Below are positions 52,075 to 64,000 of a DNA stretch of 64,000 nucleotides, piece after piece. The notes beneath the pieces were generated by a model. It made no database searches. It was not told the origin of the DNA and was given only the letters and a program-made list of their open reading frames with translations. Made by a program: the position numbers and the translations under genes. Source of the stretch: Lama glama (Eukaryota); contig CM052816.1 in NCBI GenBank assembly GCA_028534125.1, positions 48,052,001-48,116,000 on the forward strand, read 5' to 3'. Every line of letters begins with the position of its first letter. Positions within the stretch are counted from its first letter, which is position 1.

Positions 52075-52469
52075 TCAAACTCTTAATTTTCAATGATGAT
52101 TCTTCTCAGTAGTGTTCTTGACTCTTAATACTAAGGATGTCTGTCTTTGATTTTTTGTAATGAGTGAAAATTTGGCAATATGTTTTTGGCTCTGAAAACT
52201 TTTTTCTTCAAAATTCTATAGAGGTAATGCTATAAATATATTTTTTTCTTAAAGTACTGTTGCAAAGACTATTGAAAGAAATCTTTGTGAATGAACTTGA
52301 TATTTTTTCCAGCTTAAAATGACAGCTAAGTGTTGTCATATTTCATACCTTGTTTTGTGGAACCATAGATGTGTCTGATATTTATTTCATTTTCTGAAAA
52401 AATATTATTTTCATGCATTTCCTTCCTCTATCTCTTTTGATATATTCTTCATGACTCCTACAACAATAT

Positions 52470-52550
52470 CTGTGTAGAAAGTCTGGCCTTTGCCCTCAAC
52501 TTCTAGGCCCTTGGAATATATGCTTAATAGGAGTGTCTTTGTTTGCCTAT
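52470..52550 (+). mobile_element. MER21-like LTR fragment
   Basis: 'tctggcctttgccctc...gcccttggaatat...taggagtgtctttgtttgcct'. Confidence 0.55.
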
Positions 52551-52556
52551 GTATGA

Positions 52557-52584
<28 letters not shown>
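52557..52584. repeat. (GT)14 microsatellite
   Basis: Seen directly. Confidence 0.95.
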
Positions 52585-52587
<3 letters not shown>

Positions 52588-53109
52588 ATGAAACCACCAT
52601 GCCAGATGCTGGCACTTGTTGGGTTGGGTCTCTTTCTGATGTTAACAGGATCCTGCATCTTCAGCTTAACTTTGGTAAGTATCTAAATATGACATCAATT
52701 AGTAAAAACACAGCATAACCTTAGGAATCCATCCCTTTAGATCACCCACCTATGGTGACATGCTGTTATGATGTATTGGAATCTCCTGTGGTCCAGGTCC
52801 CTAGTCTCAGTTTCTTCAGGCAACTGTCACTGCACTGAGAATCAACTTTGTAGAGAGTTTCAAACATCTGAGCTCATAAACTTGGCTGCAATAGTTGCTT
52901 TGACTGTAAAGATTTTCAGTGACAAAACGGATGACAAATGGAGATTTTTTTATTCCTGTTGGTTTTATTGTCTAGTCCCTCTTCTAGTCCCCTTGCTTAC
53001 CAACAACTGTTCACTAGATGATACCTGAGAATAATCAGAGGTGCTTTGAGTAGGTAAAATAGGGCTAGATAAAGGAACAGTCTGAATGCTGACCTTAGTG
53101 TGGTAAGGT

Positions 53110-53345
53110 GGCAAGTATACCAAGCGTAGCAGTCAAGGGACCTGGGATTCAGTTATCGACTTGTCTTAGCTATTACTTCTGTCCTTGGTCAAGTTACTTA
53201 ACCTCTCTGTAATTAGGTCTTCTTCATTTGTAAACGAAGGCCAACAATATGTATTTTCTCTAGTAAAGATAAATTGAAATGATGTATATATATATATATA
53301 GAGAGAGAGAGAGTCATATTTTAAAAAATAAAGTGCATTATATGG
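53110..53345 (+). mobile_element. MIR containing a (TA)8(GA)6 microsatellite at 53285-53312
   Basis: 'gacctgggattcag...gtccttggtcaagttacttaacctctctg...ttcttcatttgtaaa'. Confidence 0.8.
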
Positions 53346-54829
53346 ATGGCAGGAGCTATTAATTGTTTATATGTAAAAAGCATAATTTCTGATCTCAGAA
53401 GTGATATGATGAAAATTACATTTTTAGATGTATTTGGCACGTATGCAAGGAGAAATGTAGGAATGTAATTGGAGTGAGTTAGGGTGGTACAATGGACTCA
53501 AAAAAGAAAAGATGGGTATAATCCTCAGAATATTTCAAATAATGAATCAATGGAACATTATAACTAATTGGATGTGAGCAGAAGGAGTCAAGCAGTCTAA
53601 ACTAATCTCAGAGTTTTTAATTTTGTGAATCAGAAGAAAGCTCATGTGATTTACAGATACAATGAATTTTGAAAAGTAAATCAGAGAAGGCAAAAAAAAA
53701 AAAAAAGGAGTGGCAAGGAGAAAGAAAAAGGAAAGTAATACAAGATATATAGACATTTTCCCCAAATTGTTCACATTTACACAATTAAAAAAAATCTTCC
53801 TAAACACTAGATCTGTGCATATACTCCCTAAGTCATTTTGCTCAAAGCCTATTTCACTTATTGGAAAGTAAGCACTCTTCCTGCAGGAAATAAGAAAAGA
53901 TCAGAACTCTGTTTTAAAAGTCACGTTTAAAGATTTTGATCAAGGTGTTACATTCAAGCTAAAAATGCTTTTTTAGCTAAACAATAGCAGATTAGATATG
54001 CATGGAATAGACATGCTTGTCTCATGCTTTCCTTTCATTTTGAAAAGGCTGAATAAAAAGTGTAATGTCAATTGTTTTCTTTTACACAACCACTGTATAG
54101 AGAATCTTATAGACACATAAAAATGTAAGATCATTGAAATAATGTATAAAATATTGTTAGGGATATTTATTTTCAATGATAATTCCCCTTGTCTAAATTG
54201 TTTGTTATTCTCATTCATTATTGCAAGCAGAGACTGTAGCTGGGGGGATTGTAACAGGACCTACTGAAAAGGTAATGGGGGAAAAAATCACCTATTATTA
54301 TAATAATTACTCTTTGAAACATGTAACCCCCATAACCCCCATTACACTAATGGAATAATGATAACACACTGAATATAGTCGACTCCTTTAGCTTCAAGTA
54401 GAATGTTTCATATTTTGTCTTTAAAGTACTCCTAATAAAGTATAATGACCTTGCAAGGTCTGAAAATGAATGTACAGGAAAGTTGGGAAGCTAATTTTCC
54501 CATTAAATGCATTCGTGATAAACTCAGTTTTTTTCTTGGTGTTCTCAAAATGATCCAGCTTCACCACGCTTCAAATGGTGCTTTCAAAGTCAATAGCAGC
54601 TGAGCCTTAGTTTCCACAGTAAAAGCTAGGGTGAAAAATGATGGACACAGAAAGTTTTCCAAAATGCTTTGTTATTACACTCTAAAACTAAGTAATTTGT
54701 TCCAGCAGCCAGTAAGTAATAAGCATGACTGATACATATTTACCATCATTAGCATACTTATTATAAACACACACATATAGTATACGTGTGTGTGTGTGTA
54801 TAATATTCTGCATATACACATTCATATGC

Positions 54830-55420
54830 CCTGATGGAAATGTACCTGAACAATGGAATTTGGCATAGTTGTCTTCTCCCTCCACATCCTTCTGAAAACT
54901 CTCACTTCTTAGAACATGTAGCACTGGAGTATACCGGTTGCCTTCGTTTTTACCTCTGTAGTACCTCAGTCTCTTTCATGGGCCTGTTTTACCCTCCCAC
55001 CCTTGTTAGAGAGTACTGTGCACTTCTTACAGTGGGTTCTTTCCTCCTTGTAAACTCTCTCCTTCTCTGATCTCATTCGTTCCCTTATCTTTAATAATAA
55101 TCTCTAGATTAAGACAAACTCTATATTTGAACACTTACTTTTGTCCTGAGGTTATGTCTGGGATTTCTATCTACTTCGTAAAACATTTCAAACTGGACCT
55201 GACAAGTTCCCCTGAAACTGGCTTTTATTTACAAGTTGTCTCTCTGTTAATAGTAATAATATATTCTTTTCCTCAGCCTTCTTCTACTTTCTGTTATCTC
55301 CCTACATTGAATCAGTCCTCAGAGACAATCCATTTTTTCCATGCTGCTTTTTTCCCCATTTCCATCTTCCCCTACTGTTTTCAAATCTATCCTTCTTTAA
55401 TTTCTCATTATTGTGTCTAT
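54830..55420 (+). mobile_element. L2 fragment
   Basis: 'ccttctgaaaactctc...ctgatctcattcgttccc...caaactctatattt...aaacatttcaaact'. Confidence 0.55.
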
Positions 55421-55850
55421 TTATTCATTATCAACACAATTTTATTATGGCTATGTAGAAAACAAGAAGATGAAGAAACGGTAAATCTTATCCACAAGAA
55501 GTTTGTAATCTAGAAGGATGGACAAGATATGCCAAAAAAAATGATCATACAAGATGATATTGTTCATATCCTAAGTGAAGGAAGATCTATGCTACTGAGT
55601 GAGTGAATTGGGAAAATTTTTTTGAGAAATAGCATTTGAGGTGGAATGGTGGGTAAACTGAGACCACGGCAATCCTAGGCAAGCAAAATCCAAGGTGGAA
55701 AAATAGAAAACCCCAATCTGGATGGAGCATAATAGATATGCATAAAAGTAATGGACAAATAGATGGGGGTCTAGTTATGGAGGACTCTCTGTGCTGGCCA
55801 AACACAGCCACTTATTTCATGGGGGTCAAGAGCTATTGGATGGGATTGAT
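55420..55850 (-). mobile_element. L2 fragment
   Basis: 'ttattcattatcaacacaattttattatggctatg...gaagtttgtaatctag...ttatggaggactct...agctattgga'. Confidence 0.5.
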
Positions 55851-56489
55851 AGTGCTAATTTAGAATCAGATGATCTACCTTCAAGGCCCGATTCTATCAT
55901 GTTCTGTATAAGTGACATTGACTAAGATGTTCCAGTTTTCTACTGCAGCTAATTCCCTTTTTGAAAGTATAAGTAACCATATTATTCTTGCTTTTGTCCC
56001 AGGGCTAAATGAATGTTTGGAGGGGAAGTTTTTTAAAAATTATAAAATGACATGGATATATCTGGCATGATACTTTGATACTCGTGAGTGAGGCTATTCG
56101 AGCATAAGAAGAATAATTTCTGACAGATGATCCTTTAAAACTAGTATAATCTTTGCCTTGGAAAGAGATGAAAAACTGTACTCCCTATGTTTTCCTTTCC
56201 TGTAATACCATCTGATTTAATGAGAATTTTCTCCCTCACTATGTTCTATGCACACTTAATCAATGAAGGAGTTGGAGAACTATGGAATGAGGGCTATAAG
56301 CAAGTCTTTAGCTAGCCATCTTCCATATGAGCCAAAATATTTCAAGTAAAACTTAAGAAAACTGTGTTACATTGTATACACTAATGAGGAGGCTATTTAA
56401 AAAATATGTAATATATTCACTTGATTCTTTAAACATAAAACTAAATCAATGAAAATCTTATTTTTCTCCTATCTACTTAAATGTTCTTT

Positions 56490-57790
56490 TTCTCTGCCTC
56501 AAAGGTTAACCATTTCTAAAAATCTGTGTATTATTTAATATTATTTATAAAATCGTCAGTGAATATGACTATATATTTCTTCCACTTTTTTATATGAAAA
56601 AAACAGAGCATTATCTATTGTTTTGCATCCTGCTTTTTTCACTTAACGAAATATCATGGAGCTATTTTCTTATACATGGAGATAGTTCTCCCGGTAATAG
56701 TTCCATGGAATTCTAGTTTTTATAATTTTCCATCGTTTATTTAAATAGTCACATTCAGAGGAACATTTGGGTCTTTTCTAGCCTGTTGCTATTACAAACA
56801 ATGTTGCAATGAGTAACTTATTCATCCACTTCACAAATATGTTGGTTTATTTTTGGGGTAAGCCCTTAGAGTGTGCTTTCAGAGTCAACAGGTAAGTTCT
56901 TTTATGTTGCTATATATTACTAAATTGCCCTTTGAGGAGTTGTACCATTTCTCATTCCCTCCAGCTATGCAGGAGAGTACTTTTTTCCCTACAGCCACTG
57001 GAACAGAGTGTGCTAACTTTAGATTTTTTCCAGCATAATAAATGAGAAAAAATAACTCTGTACAGTTTTAGTTTGAATTAAAAAAAATAGGTCCGACATG
57101 TTTATACTCATTTAAAGACTATTTCTAGTTCTTTACTCTGAAATTTCTATTCATTTCATGTGCTAATTTTAATTATAATATTTTCTTTTTTTGATTTCTG
57201 GAGTTTTATGTATTAGAAATAGTATCCCTATTTTTTTACAGTAGTCATTACTGAACTTTTTTCTTTGTTATTTGTCTTTTGACTTTACTCTTTTTCTTTC
57301 TTTCTTTTCTTTCTTTTCTTTCTTTCTTTCTTTTCTTCCTTTCTTTCTTTCTTTTTTTCTTTTTCTTTCCTTCTTTCTTTCCTTCCTTCCTTCCATGCAA
57401 AGATTTTTTTAAATGTAATTACAATTATCCATCTTTTCTTTTATGGACTCTAGATTTTTGATTCCTAACTCTAAATTTGTAAAGGTATTTTACTTCTTTT
57501 TTACTTTCTTCTAATTTCTCATAGTTTCATCTTTTATATTTGATCTTTACATTGTTTTTAGTTTATTGTGTTATAAGTGTAATTTACAGATGGAATTTTA
57601 TTTTTCTCCAAATGACTTTTCCTCACTTTCCAAATACCATTTACTTAAAAGAAAGAGAAAAAAAAAGAAAAGTCTTCACTGCATTCATTAGAATGCTCTG
57701 TTTACCATACATAATTGCCACTGTGTGCCCACTGTCAGGCTTTCCAAACTGTTCCAGTGGTCCATCTTTTTACACATTGGTTGCACAATG
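56490..57790 (-). mobile_element. L1ME-like fragment
   Basis: 'ttgcatcctgcttttttcacttaac...gaggaacatttgggtcttttctag...gctattacaaacaatgttgcaatgag...gttgtaccatttctcattccctccagc'. Confidence 0.75.
57288..57394. repeat. (CTTT)n/(CCTT)n pure-pyrimidine tract, 107 nt
   Basis: Seen directly. Confidence 0.95.
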
Positions 57791-58539
57791 CTCCAAGAGA
57801 GCCTAAATTTTTTGAATAATGACTAATTAATTATACATGTTATATTTTATATACAGTTGTGATACTATAAACAATTATTCTATTTCTAATTAAAAGGAGA
57901 AACTGTTTTCATTATGAGAAATCTGTCCCTACCCTTTGCAGAGCTTATGTAATCCTGCCCTTCCTGTCACTCTGATCCCTACTGGCCTCAGTCTCCCCAT
58001 ACACACTTTCTGTTTTGATTGAATTTCGGTAGCTTGCTCAGATTCTGACACCTTTTATGGTCAGGCCCTTGGCAACGAGAATGACAAGCTTTGATATAAT
58101 ACTAGATGTGTTTTGCTGAGTCTGTCACCTGGCTATGAAACATTTAATGGTTGAATGACAGAGAAGCAGAGTACCACTTACAAGGCAAGCATAATTTTGC
58201 AGGCTGCCATCTGTCCATCTGTTAAAGAAGTCATTGAAACTATCTTAAAGAAAGCCAGCTGGAATTTCTTTGCAATAATTTGAAAATAAAATGTTTTGTT
58301 TCTGTAAAAACAAGTATTCTAGTAGCAATTTGCTATTTTTTTCCTTATTTTATGTTTTTTTTTAACTTTGAAAATTAGAAGACAGTGTTTTCATACCAGT
58401 CACATTATTACAGCCTGGTAGCCAACATCAGCCATTTGCAATAATATTGTGATTTCAGTTCAAATGAACAACTCCAAACTTTTTTAATACAAAAAATAAG
58501 TGGATAATCTCCCTATTTCTCTTTTCTTTTCTTTCATCA

Positions 58540-58830
58540 AGTAACACACATTGGTGAAGTTACAGTGTTGAAAGTGATGTCATAGATAAATTAGGGGAAT
58601 AGAACTTTATTCAAATGTCTCTCTGACCTCCAGGAACTTATATTTTATCTAGTTACAGAAGAAAGTACACATGAAAAGTTAACTAAAAGTAAAAGTCTGC
58701 TCAGAATAAGGAACACATGGATGAAGAGAAAATAGGTGCAGTTTGAATTCAAATGAGGGAGATGACTTCCCCTTGGGAGAGGGGTAGCAAACTGATTGCT
58801 TTTACAGGAGATGGACTTTGAGATACTTTC
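58540..58830 (-). mobile_element. L2 fragment
   Basis: 'tctctgacctccaggaacttatatt...aggagatggactttgagatactttcaag'. Confidence 0.5.
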
Positions 58831-59519
58831 AAGAGCAGATAATAGTCAGTAAATAAGGGAAAATGAAAAGGTGAAAGGCTAAAGGGTTTGGGTTAGTGAG
58901 CAGAGAAAACACCAAAGTTAATCTTTCTGACTCAATATAAGAACTCAGTGTAAGCATCCTTTCTATTTGGGTTATAACAATGAATTGTTCTTGGTAATTA
59001 ACCCTGTAACCTGTGAAGCATGTAAGCATTTTGGCCAAACGTTAAACTCTGTTTTAACCTCCTTTCAAGTAGTTGTGCATCACAGTGAATGTGCTTTAGA
59101 ACTTTTAAGTATATACTGAGGTTTGTAACTTTAAAGTATACACTGAAGTTTGTCTTTATTATGCTAAATTCTGGCATCATATGGCATCACTCTCCTATGA
59201 TACATTTGGATCCATCTACCTTAGTTCCTCTTTGAATGAAGCATATTTTCCACAGTTGCTGTTCATGATGTTATACCTTCTTGTATGACTACAAGTGACT
59301 TGTGGTCTAAATTCTTGAGATACCATATGTTTATTCTTATAATTACAAATGAGTAATGTTATTTTCAAAAGCCAGTCTTATTAAGAATCTGTCATTATTA
59401 ATGTATTTTTTTCACATGATGTATTTTTGAGAGTTTAAATAAAGATAAGCCATGTATATTTCTCTCTAAAACTTTAATATTATGTTCCCTTGTCTTGTGG
59501 TGAGTAGTAATGCAAATGC

Positions 59520-59750
59520 AAGCAACAACAACAACACGTAACAATAACAAAACACTTACATTTCTTCATATTTGCCAGGTACTTTTCAAGTGCCTCTATG
59601 TATAAACTTACATAAGCATTACTACAACTCTATTATCTCTACTTTATAGGAAGAAACCAAGACAAAGAGGGCTTAATTTGCCAAGGCCAGGCAGAGTAAA
59701 TAGCTGAGCTGAGGCTGAAACCAGACTACCTCTCTCTAGAGCCGTCTTAA
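59520..59750 (-). mobile_element. MIR SINE
   Basis: 'tttgccaggtacttttcaagtgc...tattatctctactttataggaagaaaccaagac...aatttgccaaggcc'. Confidence 0.7.
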
Positions 59751-62700
59751 AAGCACATAAAATTTTCAATGTGATTTAGTTCTAAGCACATTTTTAGTTA
59801 TACAGTCCTATGTTTTTGATATGACATATTAAATCTTATTAATTTGAATTATAAATTTATTTTAGTGACTAGACACTTAAAAATGTATTTTTTTCTCCTT
59901 TGAATTTTTTAGTATTGGTTTATTGGTTTGTAACATCTTGTGTTTGTTTTCATTTGTTTCTAAAATTCATATTTTCTCCTTTTATTAAATTTGGAAAAAA
60001 ATTGAAAAATTGTCCCATGCTTTAACTGTATTTGTCAGTTGTAGCTTTACATTGACAAAGAAGTGAAATAATAATAAATTTTATGTAAACAGCACATGAA
60101 AGAGTCAATTTGAAATTGTTTATTTTACTTAAATACTTAATCAATAATTAGTCAAAGAAGCAATTTTAGAAATAATCTTTTTAGATGTTTTAATGATTTT
60201 TGAATACAGAAATAATATGTATGCAGTAATTCTCCCTGAGACCTAGTTAATAGAAAATTTTGATAACTCATTACACCATTACATATAAACACAGTCATTT
60301 TTCTTCATTGCTGCAAAAAAAATCACTATTATATTCTGCTTCATTAGACAATTATTGGCAGTACTAGTCTTTGCTACTATACAAGCAATTTTAAGCTTAC
60401 TGCTTTAAGAAACAAAATTGATATTTCCAGGAAAGAGAACAGAGGGACAACATCTCTAATTCTGGCTAATTTCAAAGGGAAGAACGGGTAAGTGGTCCAT
60501 AAAGTGTCCTTGAGAAAGGAGGAAATAATTTTGACTGTATGTAACAGTGTGACATATTTTATGGAATAGGAAAGGATATTTCAGAATAGATGATTGTTAG
60601 AAAAATTTGTTCATTTTAAGTTTTGTTGTTCTCTTCTAATAACATGTCTTTCCTTACAAAATATGAACATGCTGAACCCAACAGGGATGTTAGCCAATAA
60701 AAATCCAAGTCTACAAATTAAACTAGAGAGGAGATCCTATCCGAAGGGACATACCATTTAGCAACTGGTCCCTTCTGAGTATCTATCTTGTTCTTATGAT
60801 GAAGCATTTGAGTGAGCTAGTTAGATTTAAATTACTCAGATTCATGAACTGAAGAGAGAAAGGGAAGCATCCAGGCAGCAAAACCATTTTCTGTTGCAGA
60901 TATTTCTAAACAGATGAACAGAAAATTGCACAGAGATATTTTCTAAGGTGCTGCTTTCCTGGGTGATGAAGAACCTATAAAAAGAAACCCAATTGGTAGT
61001 GGGAATGTGAGGAGGTGAATAAAGAGTTTTAAAGGGAAAATATGTGAAGGACTTGATTTCCTAAGTGACCGTTCTTGAATTGAGAAAAGTTCAATTGTAA
61101 GAACAGCTTTTAATTTTCCCCAATTATAATTTAATTAAACCTTTCACCATGTCTTTAGTGAAGCAATTCCTAATAACTGTACTTCTTGGGTATTGCCCTC
61201 AAGGAGGGAGAAGGAAGATGGTTTAAATAAACAGGTCAATCTATTCTATTCCTATCTTTCTATTCCTAACTGAAGTCAGGAAGCTAGATGTAACTGAATA
61301 AACTCTTTCCTGTAATCCAGGCATGAGGTAATGATTCACTTACAGAATATGAAAAATACAGTCCCTAACTCAGGTAACTTTTTGTGAAGAGCATGTAAAA
61401 CTGAGGGCTACTTTCTGAGTGCAGAAGGAAGAGGTTCCCTGCAGAGACAGACTCTGAATCAAAATAATGGGAACTCATGTTATAATCTCATAACAAAGAA
61501 GGTAGCCACCAAAAGCTAGGGAGTGTATATATATGTGTGTGTGCTGCCAAGACACACCACAATGTCCTTTATAACTGGGACCCATGGAGTCTAAAAAGAT
61601 ACAGATAGGGGACATTAGATTGTATTTCCTTATAGAAAAATTTCCTTTTGAAAATTATGGCATGAAATAATTAGAGTTTCATTGAGTACCATATTGGATA
61701 TTTTGGTATCTCATGCATCGGTTGTAAATTTAATTGCATCTGGAGTAACACCTCATCTTCTTGAGGACTTTGCCTGTCACTTGACACATTTAATGGGTAA
61801 AACAAATCATGACAGTAAGACAGATCTGTTTTTTTTTTTCTTGCTCAACATGATGGAGACTATTGTCTGAATGCTGCATCCAATATATCTACCAAATATT
61901 TATCCCTGTGGATCATTTGTTTGTAAACCTCCCTGAATTGTAAGCCACTAGAATGCACATGGAGAGACTGTCATTAGATGGCTGGCATCTTGGCTATATT
62001 ATTGGAAGTATTTAACTTCCTTGATTTTTCTCCTCAACAAAGACCAACAGTCACCAATTCAGAGTCCCTTATTCTTTGAACAAAATACTTCTCAAACTTT
62101 GTATTCCCTGTCAAAAATAGACTTTCATCAAGAAATAGATTTTAACAGTGGATTATAATATAAGGTCTATGATTGCTAGTCTGACTGGGTTCTTTAGTCA
62201 GAGAGTTTTATCAAAATCTAATGAAATTGTTAGAGCCATGGTGCTCAGACTAGAGGGAGGAGTAAATCCCACATGTGGAATTTCTCATTTATATGGCCAA
62301 GAATTACTTCATTGAATTTCCTCTCCAGTTTTGGATATTTGGACATAAACTTCAATTAATCATTGATCTCTACTTTGGGATAGGAGATGAGAGTAGAAAA
62401 TAGATTGTTTCTCCAAAGCAGATAAACTAGAAGATACATTTTCAGAGGCTTATCTCTTATTATAGTTTTAGTTTACAATGATATGTTCAGGCAAAATTAT
62501 CTTTATCTAAGTTAAGCACCATGTTAGGAGCCTCAAGCTCCTATTACAGGACTGGTAAGCATACAAATGTTAAATGTGTAAATTAAAGAGAAGAGACCTT
62601 TGCAGAATTCCACAGACTTCATCAAATCAGGAAGTGGAGAGCAAGAGGTGAGGGCAAGCCATAGTCATTAGAAATAGAGGCTTGGCATTGAGAGTCTTTT

Positions 62701-63039
62701 TCTTTTGATTATCCAGATACATTCATATATGTCTTTTTCAGGAGGAAAAACACAGCTGTCACAAGTAGCTTGTGAACATTTGTGCTTCTTGATGCTGATT
62801 TTTTATGACGTACGAGGGTTCTCTTTCTATCGTTTGGTCATTAGCAAAAGGAGGAAGATTTTTTATGCTACTTTATTTTACAAACCCTTTTACTGCACTT
62901 ACTATGTGCATGCATTTATTACACATATTAATTCCTTAGTGGCTCTTATCATGCCAGAGACTAAGCACCTTTAAAATATGCAGAGCTCAATTCACACAGC
63001 AGAGTAGTGCTTCCAAGTGGTGAGCATTTCTAACCCATT

Positions 63040-63573
63040 TTAACTAGTTAGAACCTGAATGCCTTCCTAGGGATTGAGGAATTCCTCACATTATGAGTCT
63101 TGATCAGAGGCTGGAATATGAAATTGTCAAGTACTTTCTTTCCCAGCTTCCCTTCAACCAGGTTGCAAGTACATGTCCTTGGGTCCACTACTCACACGGA
63201 TCCCCCCCAGAGTTGGGTTCAGAAGCTGGGAATTAACAAGAGGAAACTAGAAAATAACACCTGACGGTGGAGTCAGTGAAAACATGATTGAGTTTCTGGG
63301 GCAAGAGTAGCAGCAGTGCCAGTTGTAGCACCCATTGTCAACTGTCACTGTTACAGTAATGCCAGTCTTGGCAATGGTCCTGTACTGGAACTGGTTGGGT
63401 GGTAGAAGTTCTGTGGCATGATCTTAACCATCATCTTAAACTGTTTCTGAACCTGGTCTCCAGTCTTCCTATGATTGTTTGAGCTAATGATAAATTTTTA
63501 ATACACCTCTTTTATGCTGAAATTAACTTGAATCTGCTTCTGTGGCTTACAACTAAAATTCTTGAATGAAACA
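63040..63573 (+). mobile_element. LTR33-like ERVL LTR
   Basis: 'ctttcccagcttccctt...ttgcaagtacatg...' and 3' end 'gctgaaattaacttgaatctgcttctgtggcttacaactaaaattcttgaatgaaaca'. Confidence 0.65.
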
Positions 63574-64000
63574 CACCAAATATTAGACATAAGCAGTGAA
63601 AACTTTTCATTTATTACGGAAATCTGTGAGTTTATGGCCAATTTTCCTCCCTCATAGAACAAAGGATCAGGCACAAAAACTGCAAACTGAAATGGTATAT
63701 TATTTTCCAAGGCCCAGCACTTTCAAAGAACATGTAAGTAATCACTTCAGAGCATACAAAATTTTTAAAGCGAATTTAAAATTGTGTTTTGCCAAATGCT
63801 AGTTCTTCAAGAGAGAAGGCCTGAAAAGGAAGGCTGTCTAATAATTTTGAAAATAGAGCAAATCACACACTCTTCTTAGTACATTGTCATACTCTGGAGT
63901 CTAAGAAGTCCTACATAAAAGATAACATTTTTAATTTACACTGAAGTTTTCCAAAAATATTGGATGCTGCAATAATTGTCATGAAATACTTATTAGTATT

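Noticed and set aside
54565..54594. Minus-strand IDFE..SV resembling the reverse-transcriptase motif DFEKAFDSV
   Set aside because: Needs indels to align and has no flanking RT motifs; compatible with chance
57279..57461. F/L/S-rich ORF
   Set aside because: Translation of the (CTTT)n repeat
1..64000. ORF track entries (60-130 aa) as protein-coding genes
   Set aside because: They are short, many use non-ATG starts, their composition mirrors AT-rich DNA, and none resembles a host protein I recognise. The interpretable ones fall in L1, Tigger1, LTR or simple repeats.
1..64000. CRISPR arrays, tRNA/rRNA/snRNA genes, CpG islands, endogenous viral coding regions
   Set aside because: No regularly spaced repeats, cloverleaf or known RNA-gene sequence, CpG-dense region, or gag/pol/env-like frame was seen by eye; weak signals could have been missed without tools

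Overview
AT-rich, CpG-poor mammalian (eutherian) genomic DNA with the character of a large intron or gene desert. It is not prokaryotic: no operons, rRNA, tRNA or CRISPR arrays. A large fraction is transposon relics that I recognised by eye from remembered consensus sequences: ancient L2 and MIR, L1M fragments, MaLR/ERVL/ERV1 solo LTRs, hAT-Charlie and Tigger DNA elements, and three younger L1 3' ends. The style of those younger L1 tails, a Tigger2a-type MITE, and the apparent absence of Alu, B1, Bov-tA/BovB, PRE-1 or CHR SINEs point to a cetartiodactyl, most likely a camelid (inference). None of the supplied ORFs is a recognisable host protein; the interpretable ones lie in transposons. The best non-repeat signal is a 131-nt minus-strand exon candidate at 47446-47576, with a perfect AAG|GTAAGT donor and one nearly open frame ending in TGA 5 nt before the donor. 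Other points of interest are a second exon candidate (22158-22238), a possible CR1-type ORF1 esterase fossil (~4270-4480), a possible hAT-Blackjack transposase fossil (~9770-10320), a three-layer nested insertion (~35910-36820), a ~58-bp polyadenylated micro-retrocopy (45263-45320) and several enhancer-like motif clusters. I found no convincing evidence for a novel multi-gene system. Repeat subfamily names and most repeat boundaries are approximate and need RepeatMasker/Dfam.
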